The position numbers and the translations under genes are program-made. Below the pieces are notes generated by a model. The model was not told the DNA's origin, made no database searches, and saw nothing but the letters and a program-made list of their open reading frames with translations. Shown here piece by piece: positions 18,427-27,488 of a stretch of 64,000 bases of DNA. How positions within the stretch are numbered: position 1 is the first letter of the stretch; the number at the start of each line of letters is the position of its first letter. Source of the stretch: Bacteroidota bacterium (lineage in GTDB: Bacteria > Bacteroidota > Bacteroidia > UBA7662 > JAIXUI01); contig JAIXUI010000074.1 of the NCBI GenBank assembly GCA_027484125.1, positions 63,791-127,790 of the forward strand, in the 5' to 3' direction.

Positions 18427-20230
18427 CACCGGAAGTAGGTTTGTCTGGCCCTTTACCTGGATTGTTGGGGCGGTTATTATCTCTACGGTTGTCGCCACGT
18501 TGATCTCTTCGGTTGCGGTCAAATGGCTTTTTGCCTTCCTGAGGAGGATTGCTGCGAGGAGCATCCGCTTGTGGAGACTGCGGTTTAGGCCCACCTTCTG
18601 GTCGGTTTTCCTTAAATGGAGGGTTTTGCGGACGCTCACCACGCTCTTGACGTGGTTGTTGAGGCTTATTTTCGCCATCCTGGCGTTGTTCCCTAAATGG
18701 TGGTCTTTGTGGACGATCGCCTCGTTCATTGCGAGGTGGATGTTGTGGCTTGCTTTGGCCTTCACCACGTTGCTCCTTGAAGGGCGGCTTCTGCGGCCGT
18801 TCACCACGCTCAGCCTGAGGCTGCTGAGGATTTACAGGCGGTTGTCCGCTTGGCCTTTGTTCTTTGAAAGGCGGCCTTTGCGAACCCTCTCTACGTTCAC
18901 CTTGTGGCTGTTGTGGTTTCGGGCCCTCCTTTCTTTCCTGAGGACGGCGGTCTTCGGGCTTGCGAGGCGGCATTCCACCACGACGGGCATCGCCTTCGCT
19001 ACGCATTCGAACTTCTTGAGGTGCAACCTCTGACTTTGTAACCATGGTTGGAGGAGCTCCGGATTTAGCAGGAAGCGTAGCAACGGCATCGCCTGGCTTC
19101 TTCTTCTTTTTCTTCTTCTTTTTCCGGTCAAATCGGTTGAGGTCGCCCTCTATTACCGCTTCGAATTCTGGCTCTTCGTCCTCTTCTTCCTCCTCAGCTA
19201 AAGCCAGCAGCAAGTACTCATCTTCTGCCTTCTCCGGATGAATTCCGGATTCGTTCATGGCTCTAATTTCCTTTACACGCTCTGGAGAAAGGGGAATCAT
19301 GGTATTGTCACCGGGGCCTGCAGGAGTGTAGTACATGATGCGACGGAAAATGTCCGTTTTCATGAGCTCCAGCTTGCCCGTTTGAATCATGAGGTATTTG
19401 CAATCAGTAGGCAAATCCTTGAGTGCATCGAGGTAGGTGTCCAGCTCGTAATTAAGGCAGCATTTCAAACGGCCGCATTGCCCTGCCAGCTTAAGCGGGT
19501 TCAAAGACAAGTTCTGGTAACGGGCGGCTGAGGTGGTGACCGACTTGAAATCCGTTAACCAAGTGGAACAGCAAAGTTCTCTTCCACAAGTACCAATACC
19601 ACCAATGCGCCCTGCTTCCTGACGAGCCCCAATTTGACGCATTTCAACGCGAGTTTTGAAAGTCTCCGCCAGCACTTTGATGAGCTCACGAAAATCCACC
19701 CGGTCTTCAGCGGTATAATAGAAAATAATTTTTCCACCATCAGCTTGATATTCCACATCACTAAGTTTCATATCAAGCTTGAGTTCTTGAATCAACTCAC
19801 GGCTTTTGTAGATTACCTCAGGTTCTTTTTCCTTCAACGCGAAGTACTTATCGAGTTCTTCCTGACTAGCCTTTCTGAGAATACGCTTGAGGGTATTGTC
19901 GTCTTCTTGAATGCCCTTCTTCTTGAGTTGAAGACGAACGAGTTCGCCTTTAACTGAAACCTGTCCGATGTCGTATCCGGAGTTACCTGCCTCTAGAATG
20001 ATGTATTCGTTATTGAACAAATCGAGGCCGTCTTCATTACGGAAAAACTCCTTTCGAGTTCCCTTGAAACGTATCTCTACAATATTGAAAGCTGGCTGTT
20101 CGCCGGGCATAGTCATACCCGAAAGCCAGTCATATACATTCAGTCTGTTGCAACCTCCGGAACTACAATGGCCTTGGTCTCCGCAGCCGGCAGGCGAACA
20201 GCCTCCGCTTCCACAGCTTCCACATCCCAT
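18419..20230 (-). CDS. PSP1 C-terminal domain protein (RicT/YaaT-like) with a long low-complexity repeat tail
   Basis: Cys-rich N-terminus MGCGSCGSGGCSPAGCGDQGHCSSGGC (ATG at 20228-20230). PSP1 core (...LCCSTWL...CGRLKCCLNYELD...), then an acidic run, K9 and four roughly 28-aa P/Q/E/R-rich repeats. Confidence 0.8.
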   Translation of the reverse strand: MGCGSCGSGGCSPAGCGDQGHCSSGGCNRLNVYDWLSGMTMPGEQPAFNIVEIRFKGTRKEFFRNEDGLDLFNNEYIILEAGNSGYDIGQVSVKGELVRLQLKKKGIQEDDNTLKRILRKASQEELDKYFALKEKEPEVIYKSRELIQELKLDMKLSDVEYQADGGKIIFYYTAEDRVDFRELIKVLAETFKTRVEMRQIGARQEAGRIGGIGTCGRELCCSTWLTDFKSVTTSAARYQNLSLNPLKLAGQCGRLKCCLNYELDTYLDALKDLPTDCKYLMIQTGKLELMKTDIFRRIMYYTPAGPGDNTMIPLSPERVKEIRAMNESGIHPEKAEDEYLLLALAEEEEEDEEPEFEAVIEGDLNRFDRKKKKKKKKKPGDAVATLPAKSGAPPTMVTKSEVAPQEVRMRSEGDARRGGMPPRKPEDRRPQERKEGPKPQQPQGERREGSQRPPFKEQRPSGQPPVNPQQPQAERGERPQKPPFKEQRGEGQSKPQHPPRNERGDRPQRPPFREQRQDGENKPQQPRQERGERPQNPPFKENRPEGGPKPQSPQADAPRSNPPQEGKKPFDRNRRDQRGDNRRDNNRPNNPGKGPDKPTSGDA

Positions 20231-20578
20231 ATTAAATTCCTTTTTTGGTTTCCTGCAAAAATGCGGAAAAAAAGGAATACCAGCACCCAAGCTTAAGGAG
20301 CAGTAATTCGAGTAAAGACAAGCTTAATTAAATTTACAACAAGTGATCATTTGAAAAATCCTCCCAGAAAAAACCAGATTGAATTGTTCTTCAACTTAAG
20401 TTGAGGAATGGTTCACTAGTTGATTCAAAGTAGAAGGCTGTTTTAAAGTAAAATTTACACTTGCAAACGCTTTAAACAACCATTACCACTCAAAACATGC
20501 GGGAAGCGTAAAGAGAAAAGAAATAGATTTCACATTGCCCCATGCAACCTTGAACCATAAAATTTCGTCACCTTCGCA

Positions 20579-20986
20579 ATGACCATGGAACCTAAAAAGT
20601 TGCTTTTCCTTCTATTTCTCACCTGCTTCACTTCAGCAGGGCCCTTGTTTGCACAGGATGCAGCATCATTTCTGAAAAAAGGGCAAACTTCAATGAAGGA
20701 AGGGCAATACGAGGAAGCCTTGGTTTACTTCAGTGTTAGCATAGGGCTCAATGATAAACTTTATCTGGCATGGATAGGGCGTGCAGAAGCGCGAATTGCC
20801 CTAGAAGAAGATGAAGCTGCTATGGAAGATTTCAACAAGGCCATAGCATTAAACCCGGAAGAGTCTTCGGCATGGTTAGGAAGAAGCGCATTAAAGCGAA
20901 AATCGGGAGATTTGATTGGAGCAGCACGCGACTTCAATGAAGGAGTAGCCGCCAAAGCGCGAGCCTGGAAAAAGAAGTGGTTTTAG
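20579..20986 (+). CDS. secreted tetratricopeptide-repeat protein
   Basis: Signal peptide. TPR-like helices (...GQYEEALVYFSVSIGLNDKLYLAWIGRAEARIALEEDEAAMEDFNKAIALNPEE...). Confidence 0.55.
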   Translation: MTMEPKKLLFLLFLTCFTSAGPLFAQDAASFLKKGQTSMKEGQYEEALVYFSVSIGLNDKLYLAWIGRAEARIALEEDEAAMEDFNKAIALNPEESSAWLGRSALKRKSGDLIGAARDFNEGVAAKARAWKKKWF

Positions 20987-22131
20987 TATTTCACCAGCTT
21001 GCCAGATAATCCAGCAGGATGGTTGGTGCTGTAACTGTAAAAACCCGCCGGAAAGCTTTCTAGGTTGAGTTCATTTCTACCTGGTTTCAGTTCTACGCTT
21101 CCACATTTTTTCGCTTGTGCATTCCAAAACTCTAACCTCACCGGAGATTCGCCTTCCCAGTTTACTTGAAAAAGCCCGTGTCCGGGGTTTGGCCAGAAAG
21201 CAATCGCTGGGGACAGTAGTTCTTCTTTAACGCTTACAACTGCATTTCTAGTAAACTTCCGGAAGAATTCCCAGGTAATGCGGCTGGCGTTAATATCCTG
21301 ATTGGTTGTAGCAGTAGGAGATGAAAAAGCAGAACCAGGCCAGGTATGCCCACCACCAAGAATCTTATATAGCACCACTTCGCTTCCGCCTCTTCCTTGT
21401 GTCCAAGTGTATCGATTGACAGTGGAATTGTCGTTGACGTTAACATTGGGGAGTGCTATGGTTGCAGGCATTGGATTGCAGGCGTTGTTGCGAATCCAAA
21501 ACTGCATGAGGCTATCTACAGGTACAAAAGGCAAAGCGCCACCTACTCCACTGTAGGGAACTGTGGCATCATTGGTTCCATGAAAATGTAAAACAGGCAT
21601 AGCTCTCCCTGGTTGACAAGCAGAAAGATGATCTGGAACCATGGTCCCAGTAACAGAAGCTACTGCTGCAAACCGCTGGTTCATGAAACAGGCAACATCG
21701 TAAGTCATAAATCCACCGTTGCTCATGCCTGTACTATAAAAACGATCAGGATCAAGCGTAAACCGGCGTGTCAGGGTATCCATGATGGCAGTGATAAATG
21801 ACATATCGCCTTGTATTTGTGCTACATCAAAAAAAGAAAACCAGCCTGTGGTACCGTTTAGCGATAGACCCTGCGGATGAACAATGATAAATCCAGCCGT
21901 GTCAGCAATAGGCCTGAAATCGCCGTAGTTTTCTTGATTAAGGGCATTGGAGCCCAGGCCATGAAAGTTGAAAACTAAAGGAGCAGGCGTTCCTTGTTGG
22001 TAGGAAGCAGGCACATAATATCGAAAGGCTCTTCTTAAACCCCCAATGAGCATGGTATCTACAACAGTAGTTTGGGCAAAAGCCAACCATGAAAATGAGG
22101 TAAAGAGTGCTACGAATAAAAAACGAATCAT
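20983..22131 (-). CDS. secreted esterase / PHB-depolymerase-family alpha/beta hydrolase with T9SS C-terminal sorting domain
   Basis: Start at MIRFLFVALFTSFSWLAFAQ (ATG at 22129-22131). Nucleophile elbow GMSNGG. C-terminal Por_Secre_tail-like segment (...PGRNELNLESFPAGFYSYS...). Confidence 0.7.
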   Translation of the reverse strand: MIRFLFVALFTSFSWLAFAQTTVVDTMLIGGLRRAFRYYVPASYQQGTPAPLVFNFHGLGSNALNQENYGDFRPIADTAGFIIVHPQGLSLNGTTGWFSFFDVAQIQGDMSFITAIMDTLTRRFTLDPDRFYSTGMSNGGFMTYDVACFMNQRFAAVASVTGTMVPDHLSACQPGRAMPVLHFHGTNDATVPYSGVGGALPFVPVDSLMQFWIRNNACNPMPATIALPNVNVNDNSTVNRYTWTQGRGGSEVVLYKILGGGHTWPGSAFSSPTATTNQDINASRITWEFFRKFTRNAVVSVKEELLSPAIAFWPNPGHGLFQVNWEGESPVRLEFWNAQAKKCGSVELKPGRNELNLESFPAGFYSYSTNHPAGLSGKLVKY

Positions 22132-22210
22132 AAGGTAAGGTAGCGGTTTAATGGCAAAATCCAGATGCAGCCTATGCAAGGGATTGAAAGCATTTTAAGC
22201 AAGTTTTCGA

Positions 22211-22990
22211 TTAACCCAAGACCCATTCTCGCATCAACGCCAGCACTTCTCCAGGTTTTTCTGCATGTATCCAGTGCCCGGCGCCATCTACAGTATGCAA
22301 TTGAATTTGTGGGAAATGGCTTCGTAAAGCTTCCTTATTTTCCTCTCGCACATAACCTGAATTTCCTCCTCGAACTAACCAAACCGGTTTGTTAAAAACA
22401 TCTTCCAAATGAATAGGCTGTCCAACTTCCGGGAGTTTTTCTTTCAACACGGGCAAGTTGAGCCGCCATGCAAACTGCCCTTGATCGTCTCTGTAAAGAT
22501 TTTTTAAAAGAAACAATCGGATATCTGCTTCAGGAATACGCTCTTGCATCCATGATTCCAAGGCAGTTCTGCTCTGAAATGCGGTTGGATCGAGTTCCTG
22601 CATCACCGAGAGGTAGTACTTCTGGTGTTCCATGTGATAGGAACGATTGGCGATATCTAAAATCATCAAAGATTTTACCCATTCGGGATAACGATCGGCA
22701 AACATCATGGCCACTTTTCCACCCATTGAGTGACCTGCAAGAAAGAAAGCCTCGCCCACAGTTTCTTTTGCCCATATCATTAATTGCTCGGTCATAAACT
22801 CATAGTTAAATGCTTCTGTATGAGGAGAACGACCGTGATTGGGCATGTCAACCAGAAAAACCCTGCATTGCTGAGAAAGCTGCCTGGCGAGGGTAATCCA
22901 ATTATCTGCGGTGCCGAAAAGCCCGTGCACAATCACAACTGCAGGGCCTGATTCTCCGAGTTTGTGGAAAAAGAGCGGATTAGAAACCAT
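22211..22990 (-). CDS. alpha/beta-fold hydrolase
   Basis: HGLFG oxyanion motif and GHSMGG nucleophile elbow. Confidence 0.8.
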   Translation of the reverse strand: MVSNPLFFHKLGESGPAVVIVHGLFGTADNWITLARQLSQQCRVFLVDMPNHGRSPHTEAFNYEFMTEQLMIWAKETVGEAFFLAGHSMGGKVAMMFADRYPEWVKSLMILDIANRSYHMEHQKYYLSVMQELDPTAFQSRTALESWMQERIPEADIRLFLLKNLYRDDQGQFAWRLNLPVLKEKLPEVGQPIHLEDVFNKPVWLVRGGNSGYVREENKEALRSHFPQIQLHTVDGAGHWIHAEKPGEVLALMREWVLG

Positions 22991-23066
22991 AATTAGTCAA
23001 CAAATCTACATGGCCTTTGTTAGGTTAATAGTGATTGGGTGCTACTACAGCAACCCGACTCCGGAC

Positions 23067-23819
23067 ATGAAGCAGTTGACCGTTCAACATACACTGGAAG
23101 ATTTCCTGACCACCTCTCCATTAGCCTTTCGCGTTTTGGAGCAGCATGGGTTATCTATCAAGCGATTCGACAACCTCGACCTTTCTTTGGATGCCGCATG
23201 TATGCTAACTGATACTCGCGTTGAAAAGGTTTTAGAAGATTTACTCGCTATTGGCGAGCCCGTACGCATGAATGAAAGAGGAGCTGAAGCGCTTTCCACG
23301 GAGGAAATCCTTCGGTTGCTCCATCAAAATCACCATGAGTTCCTCGCAAGGCTCTTTCCACGGATTGAGCTACTGCTCTATCATTTAGCTAAGCATCCCC
23401 AAGACGACCAAATTAACTTACAGGCACTCACTGAAGCCTTTTTACAGCTTAAAGCCGACTTTGCTCAGCATGTGATGGAAGAAACGGAAAGTTTATTTCC
23501 CTACGTGGAACTGCTACTTCGTATTGAGCGCGGCGAAGGCCGCCCGGATGCGATACTCGCTTTAATGGAGCAAGGCCTCGCCGGTAGCATGGTTGAAAAC
23601 GATTGCGACATTCACCAGTTTGTCCTTCGCTTGAGGCTTTCTTCCAACCATTACGAACCTGCTGATACCAACAACATCATGCTCAACTCTCTTTGCAGGG
23701 CACTGAAAGAACTAGAAGAATCGCTGTATCAGCATGAGTACATCGAGTTTGAGATTTTACTGAAACGGATTTTGGAACTCGAAAACAACGCCATGGAACG
23801 AGTTCGTCGAGAAGGATAA
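23067..23819 (+). CDS. hemerythrin-like di-iron protein (ScdA/YtfE-like N-domain plus HHE cation-binding motifs)
   Basis: The N-terminus (MKQLTVQHTLEDFLTTSPLAFRVLEQHGL) resembles ScdA_N. H-HxxE motifs (HQNHHEFLARLFP, HVMEETESLFPYVE) follow. ATG 23067 is preferred over the ORF-track extension at 22911, which overlaps the divergent hydrolase gene. Confidence 0.45.
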   Translation: MKQLTVQHTLEDFLTTSPLAFRVLEQHGLSIKRFDNLDLSLDAACMLTDTRVEKVLEDLLAIGEPVRMNERGAEALSTEEILRLLHQNHHEFLARLFPRIELLLYHLAKHPQDDQINLQALTEAFLQLKADFAQHVMEETESLFPYVELLLRIERGEGRPDAILALMEQGLAGSMVENDCDIHQFVLRLRLSSNHYEPADTNNIMLNSLCRALKELEESLYQHEYIEFEILLKRILELENNAMERVRREG

Positions 23820-24061
23820 ACCTCGTTTCAAACTACATTTCAGAATTTCCGGCAACTTCTTTCCAACAAAACGACCTTGCTTAAGGTGGAGCATGCAATA
23901 CTGCATGGATATAATTTTTTGGCTATCCCTCATTAAAGGTTAACGATAGCATTCTTAATCGTCTTAATTGCTTCGAAATAAGTTGAAATGGATTTCAACT
24001 TATGCCCCAATGGGTGGTGGTTCAGTACGGCTTTCGTGTAACTTTGGGTCAATTTCAATTC

Positions 24062-25138
24062 ATGCCGATGAAAGTGCACAACTTTAGCGCAGGCCCGGGC
24101 ATTTTACCCGCCGAGGTGCTGCAACAGGCTGCGGAAGCCGCGATTAATTTCAAGGGGATGGGGCTCTCCCTCCTCGAAATCTCTCACCGAAGCAAAGAGT
24201 ATGTCGCTGCCATCGACGAGGCTATGGATGTGGTTCGCCGCCTCCTCCACCTCTCTGACGACTACGCCGTGGTGTACCTTCAAGGAGGTGCAAGCCTGCA
24301 ATTCAGCATGGTACCTTTCAACCTATTACGTCCTGAGGGTTATGCTGCTTACGTAAATTCCGGCGTTTGGGCTACTAAAGCGACTCAGGAAGCCGAAAAA
24401 CTGGGTAAAACTAAAGTTATCGCTTCTTCAAAAGACGCCAACTTCAGTTATGTGCCGAAGGGATATGACATTCCGTCGGATGCAGACTACCTCCACATTA
24501 CTTCAAACAATACCATTTACGGTACCCAGATGAAGGATTTTCCTCAATCTCCGGTGCCTTTGGTTTGCGACATGTCTTCTGACATCTTCTCCCGCGTTTT
24601 CGACCCGAACCAATTCGGTCTGATTTACGCAGGAGCACAGAAAAACATGGGGCCTGCCGGTGCCACACTCGCCATCATCCGCAAGGATTTGCTCGGCAAG
24701 AGCGGTCGCAACATGCCTACCATGCTCAATTATGCTCCGCATATCGAGAATGGCTCGATGTACAACACCCCTTCAGTATTCTCTGTGTATGTATGTATGC
24801 TCACGCTACAATGGCTGGAACGCAATGGCGGTGTGCCGGCAGCTGAAACGCGCAACCGTGCTAAAGCAGATTTACTTTACAATGAAATCGACAGAAATGG
24901 CTTGTTCAAAGGCACTTGTGCTACCGAAGACCGTTCTGATATGAACGCAACTTTCGTGCTTACGGATGAAAGCCACGCTGCTGATTTCGAAAAGATGCTC
25001 AAAGACGCCAACATCAGCGGACTGAAAGGGCACCGCTCGGTTGGTGGATACCGCGCTTCTATTTACAACGCTATGCCTATTGAAAGCGTACAAGTGCTGG
25101 TCGATGTGATGAAAACCTTTGAAAAACAGCGCGGATGA
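24062..25138 (+). CDS. serC: 3-phosphoserine/phosphohydroxythreonine aminotransferase
   Basis: MPMKVHNFSAGPGILPAEVL... followed by the PLP-binding region. Confidence 0.9.
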   Translation: MPMKVHNFSAGPGILPAEVLQQAAEAAINFKGMGLSLLEISHRSKEYVAAIDEAMDVVRRLLHLSDDYAVVYLQGGASLQFSMVPFNLLRPEGYAAYVNSGVWATKATQEAEKLGKTKVIASSKDANFSYVPKGYDIPSDADYLHITSNNTIYGTQMKDFPQSPVPLVCDMSSDIFSRVFDPNQFGLIYAGAQKNMGPAGATLAIIRKDLLGKSGRNMPTMLNYAPHIENGSMYNTPSVFSVYVCMLTLQWLERNGGVPAAETRNRAKADLLYNEIDRNGLFKGTCATEDRSDMNATFVLTDESHAADFEKMLKDANISGLKGHRSVGGYRASIYNAMPIESVQVLVDVMKTFEKQRG

Positions 25139-26061
25139 GGATTTTAGCCAACGACGGCCTGGAAAAAAGTGCCATTGAGCGCCTTACCGCAGCCGGACAT
25201 GAAGTGGTTACCGATAAAGTAGCCCAAGACCAGCTTTCTGCTACCCTTGCCCAGTTTGATGGCATCATCGTTCGCTCCGCCACAACTGTGCGTAAAGACG
25301 TTATCGCCGCCAACTCTCACCTGAAGTTTATTGCTCGTGCAGGAGTAGGCATCGACAACATCGACCACCAGGACGCTAAAGCTGCCGGAATTCCTGTGAT
25401 AAACACACCCGCAGCAAGCTCTATCTCTGTAGCAGAACTGGTTTTCAGCCATTTGTTCAGCGGTGTTCGCTTCCTTCACCAATCGAATAGGTCCATGCCA
25501 GACCGTGGTATCGAAGCCTTCAATCAGCTTAAAAAAGACTATGCCGGTGGCGTCGAGCTTTTCGGCAAAACCCTCGGAATTGTAGGCCTTGGCCGAATTG
25601 GTAGAGAAGCTGCCCGCATCGCATTGGGTGTTGGAATGAGTGTGCTTGCGTTCGATCCATTTATTGAAGGAGAAGCCCAAAAAGCCATTGAAGCCGATTT
25701 CCCAGGACTTAAGTTCGCTGATTGGGATCAGATTGTTGCGAATTCACACTTCCTGAGTCTTCATGTACCAGGTGGAAAGGAAGCCTTGTTTGGAGCGAAG
25801 GAATTCGCTGCTGCGAAGCATCTGATTGGCATAGTCAACTGTGCCCGTGGTGGCGTTATCGACGAAGCAGCACTTCTCGAAGCGCTCAACAACGGACAGC
25901 TCCTCTTCGCCGGCCTCGATGTTTTTGTTGGCGAGCCTAAACCCAAAGTAGAATTGCTCCAACATCCTCGCATTTCTCTCACTCCTCATATCGGCGCCTC
26001 TACCAATGAAGCCCAGCAACGTATTGGCGCTGAACTGGTTGACAAAATTCTTTCGCTTTAA
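25135..26061 (+). CDS. serA: D-3-phosphoglycerate dehydrogenase (D-isomer-specific 2-hydroxyacid dehydrogenase family, short form)
   Basis: NAD-binding GIVGLGRIG motif and catalytic R/E/H. Its ATG overlaps the serC stop. Confidence 0.8.
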   Translation: MRILANDGLEKSAIERLTAAGHEVVTDKVAQDQLSATLAQFDGIIVRSATTVRKDVIAANSHLKFIARAGVGIDNIDHQDAKAAGIPVINTPAASSISVAELVFSHLFSGVRFLHQSNRSMPDRGIEAFNQLKKDYAGGVELFGKTLGIVGLGRIGREAARIALGVGMSVLAFDPFIEGEAQKAIEADFPGLKFADWDQIVANSHFLSLHVPGGKEALFGAKEFAAAKHLIGIVNCARGGVIDEAALLEALNNGQLLFAGLDVFVGEPKPKVELLQHPRISLTPHIGASTNEAQQRIGAELVDKILSL

Positions 26062-26064
26062 ACT

Positions 26065-27270
26065 ATGCCTGAGATTCGCCCTTTCTGCGGATTACGTCCG
26101 CATCCTTCCTGCATTGTCCAGACTGTTCTCGATAAAAACAGCTTGCCAGATGGTTTTGGTGGGTTGAAGGAAGGGGCGAATCCTATTTCGTTCATGCACA
26201 TTCTTGAGCAGGCCAAACCGGCTGCTGATGTGGAACCGAACTACGACATTGCGCGTCATGAGCTTGAACGCTTTGTGCGTGAAGGCATCCTTATTCAGGA
26301 TAGTTCTCCGTGTTACTACTTGTTTTCCGTCACTTACAGGCAGTTTATTCAGCATGGTTTAGTGGCTAGTGTTGCCATCGCCGACTATGAGGCTGGGCTG
26401 ATAAAAAAGCACGAGAAAACACGTACAGAAAGAGAAATTCACTTGGGAAAGTTCATCGGAACACTTGGTCATGACGCCACTCCAGTTATGTTGGCCTATC
26501 GGGCTCGGCCTGAAATTGACAACCTTTTATTCGAAGTTCGTCATCAGGAGGAGCCTATTTACGATGTACGACTCACTGGCGAAGTATGGTTGAAATGCTG
26601 GAAAATTCAACAGCCTGCCATGATAGAGCGTATAGGCGCTGCTTTCAACCGAGTTGAAAGTTTCTACATCGCCGATGGCCATCACCGTGCTGCAGCTGTG
26701 GCAAGGCTGGCGGCTGAAGGCCATGGCTTGAGTCGGTTTAGTGCGGTTCTTTATCCAGACAATGTGCTCAAGGTGTTTCCCTTTTATCGCCGTATCAAAA
26801 AAGGTAATAGCATTGGATTTCACGATGCTTTTCGAGCGCTAAATGGCAGTTTCCACTTACAGGAAATCAATCTGGATATGATGTTTTACCAGTTTCTTCC
26901 TGAACATCATTTTCTATTGTGTACTGCGGCTCATAGCTTTTTATTGACTCCACGAATTCCTTTTCAACCGGGTGAAGACCCTGTTAAGAAGCTGGATGTC
27001 TCCATTCTTCAAGACGAAATCCTTGCTCCATATTTCGGGGTTCATGATCCAAAAACGCATCCTTTTATTGACTTTGGCTCATTGAATATCAGCCTGGCAC
27101 AACTTAAGTCGCTCCTACTTCAGGACGATACCGAATGTTTATTTATTTCCCGTGCGCCGTTGGTTTCCTCTTTATTCGAGGTGGCGGATGCTGGCGAGGT
27201 GATGCCGCCTAAGAGCACCAGCTTCGAGCCGAAGGTTAAAAGTGGAATAGTGCTTCACCCCCACGAGTAA
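26065..27270 (+). CDS. DUF1015 domain protein
   Basis: 401-aa ORF in a serC-serA-DUF1015 arrangement. That linkage is a conserved gene neighbourhood in Bacteroidota, as I recall. Confidence 0.7.
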   Translation: MPEIRPFCGLRPHPSCIVQTVLDKNSLPDGFGGLKEGANPISFMHILEQAKPAADVEPNYDIARHELERFVREGILIQDSSPCYYLFSVTYRQFIQHGLVASVAIADYEAGLIKKHEKTRTEREIHLGKFIGTLGHDATPVMLAYRARPEIDNLLFEVRHQEEPIYDVRLTGEVWLKCWKIQQPAMIERIGAAFNRVESFYIADGHHRAAAVARLAAEGHGLSRFSAVLYPDNVLKVFPFYRRIKKGNSIGFHDAFRALNGSFHLQEINLDMMFYQFLPEHHFLLCTAAHSFLLTPRIPFQPGEDPVKKLDVSILQDEILAPYFGVHDPKTHPFIDFGSLNISLAQLKSLLLQDDTECLFISRAPLVSSLFEVADAGEVMPPKSTSFEPKVKSGIVLHPHE

Positions 27271-27272
27271 AC

Positions 27273-27423
27273 TTCGCGGTTTTCACGCAAGGGTTTTCAC
27301 GCAGGGGGCGCTAAGTTTACGCAAGGTTCGCGGAGAATATTTTAAAACCAGCCGTGAACTTTGAGTAGTCCTAGGGGATTTTGCGTGAAAAACCCAGCCG
27401 CGAACTTTGCGTGGAAAAACCCT
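27273..27423 (+). promoter_or_regulatory. cluster of TTTCACGCA-like motifs (both orientations) plus CGCGAAC-containing direct repeats upstream of uvrA
   Basis: ttttcacgcaa at 27280-27290, ttttcacgcag at 27294-27304 and tttacgcaa at 27316-27324. The inverse form ttgcgtgaaaaa is at 27381-27392 and ttgcgtggaaaaa at 27407-27419. The direct repeats are agccgtgaactttgagt and agccgcgaactttgcgt. Confidence 0.3.
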
Positions 27424-27488
27424 TTTTTCAAAAATACTTAGACCCTTAGCGGTTTAGTGGCTACCACCCTTCTACCTTTGCGGCGTTC

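Noticed and set aside
18377-19033. 218-aa antisense ORF inside the PSP1 gene
   Set aside because: It is generated by the low-complexity repeat region of the PSP1 tail on the opposite strand. It is hydrophobic, W/L/R-rich and compositionally artefactual.
22911-23066. N-terminal extension of the hemerythrin-like ORF (MPKSPCTITTAG...)
   Set aside because: It overlaps the 5' end of the divergent alpha/beta-hydrolase gene on the opposite strand. The conserved ScdA-like domain begins at Met 23067.
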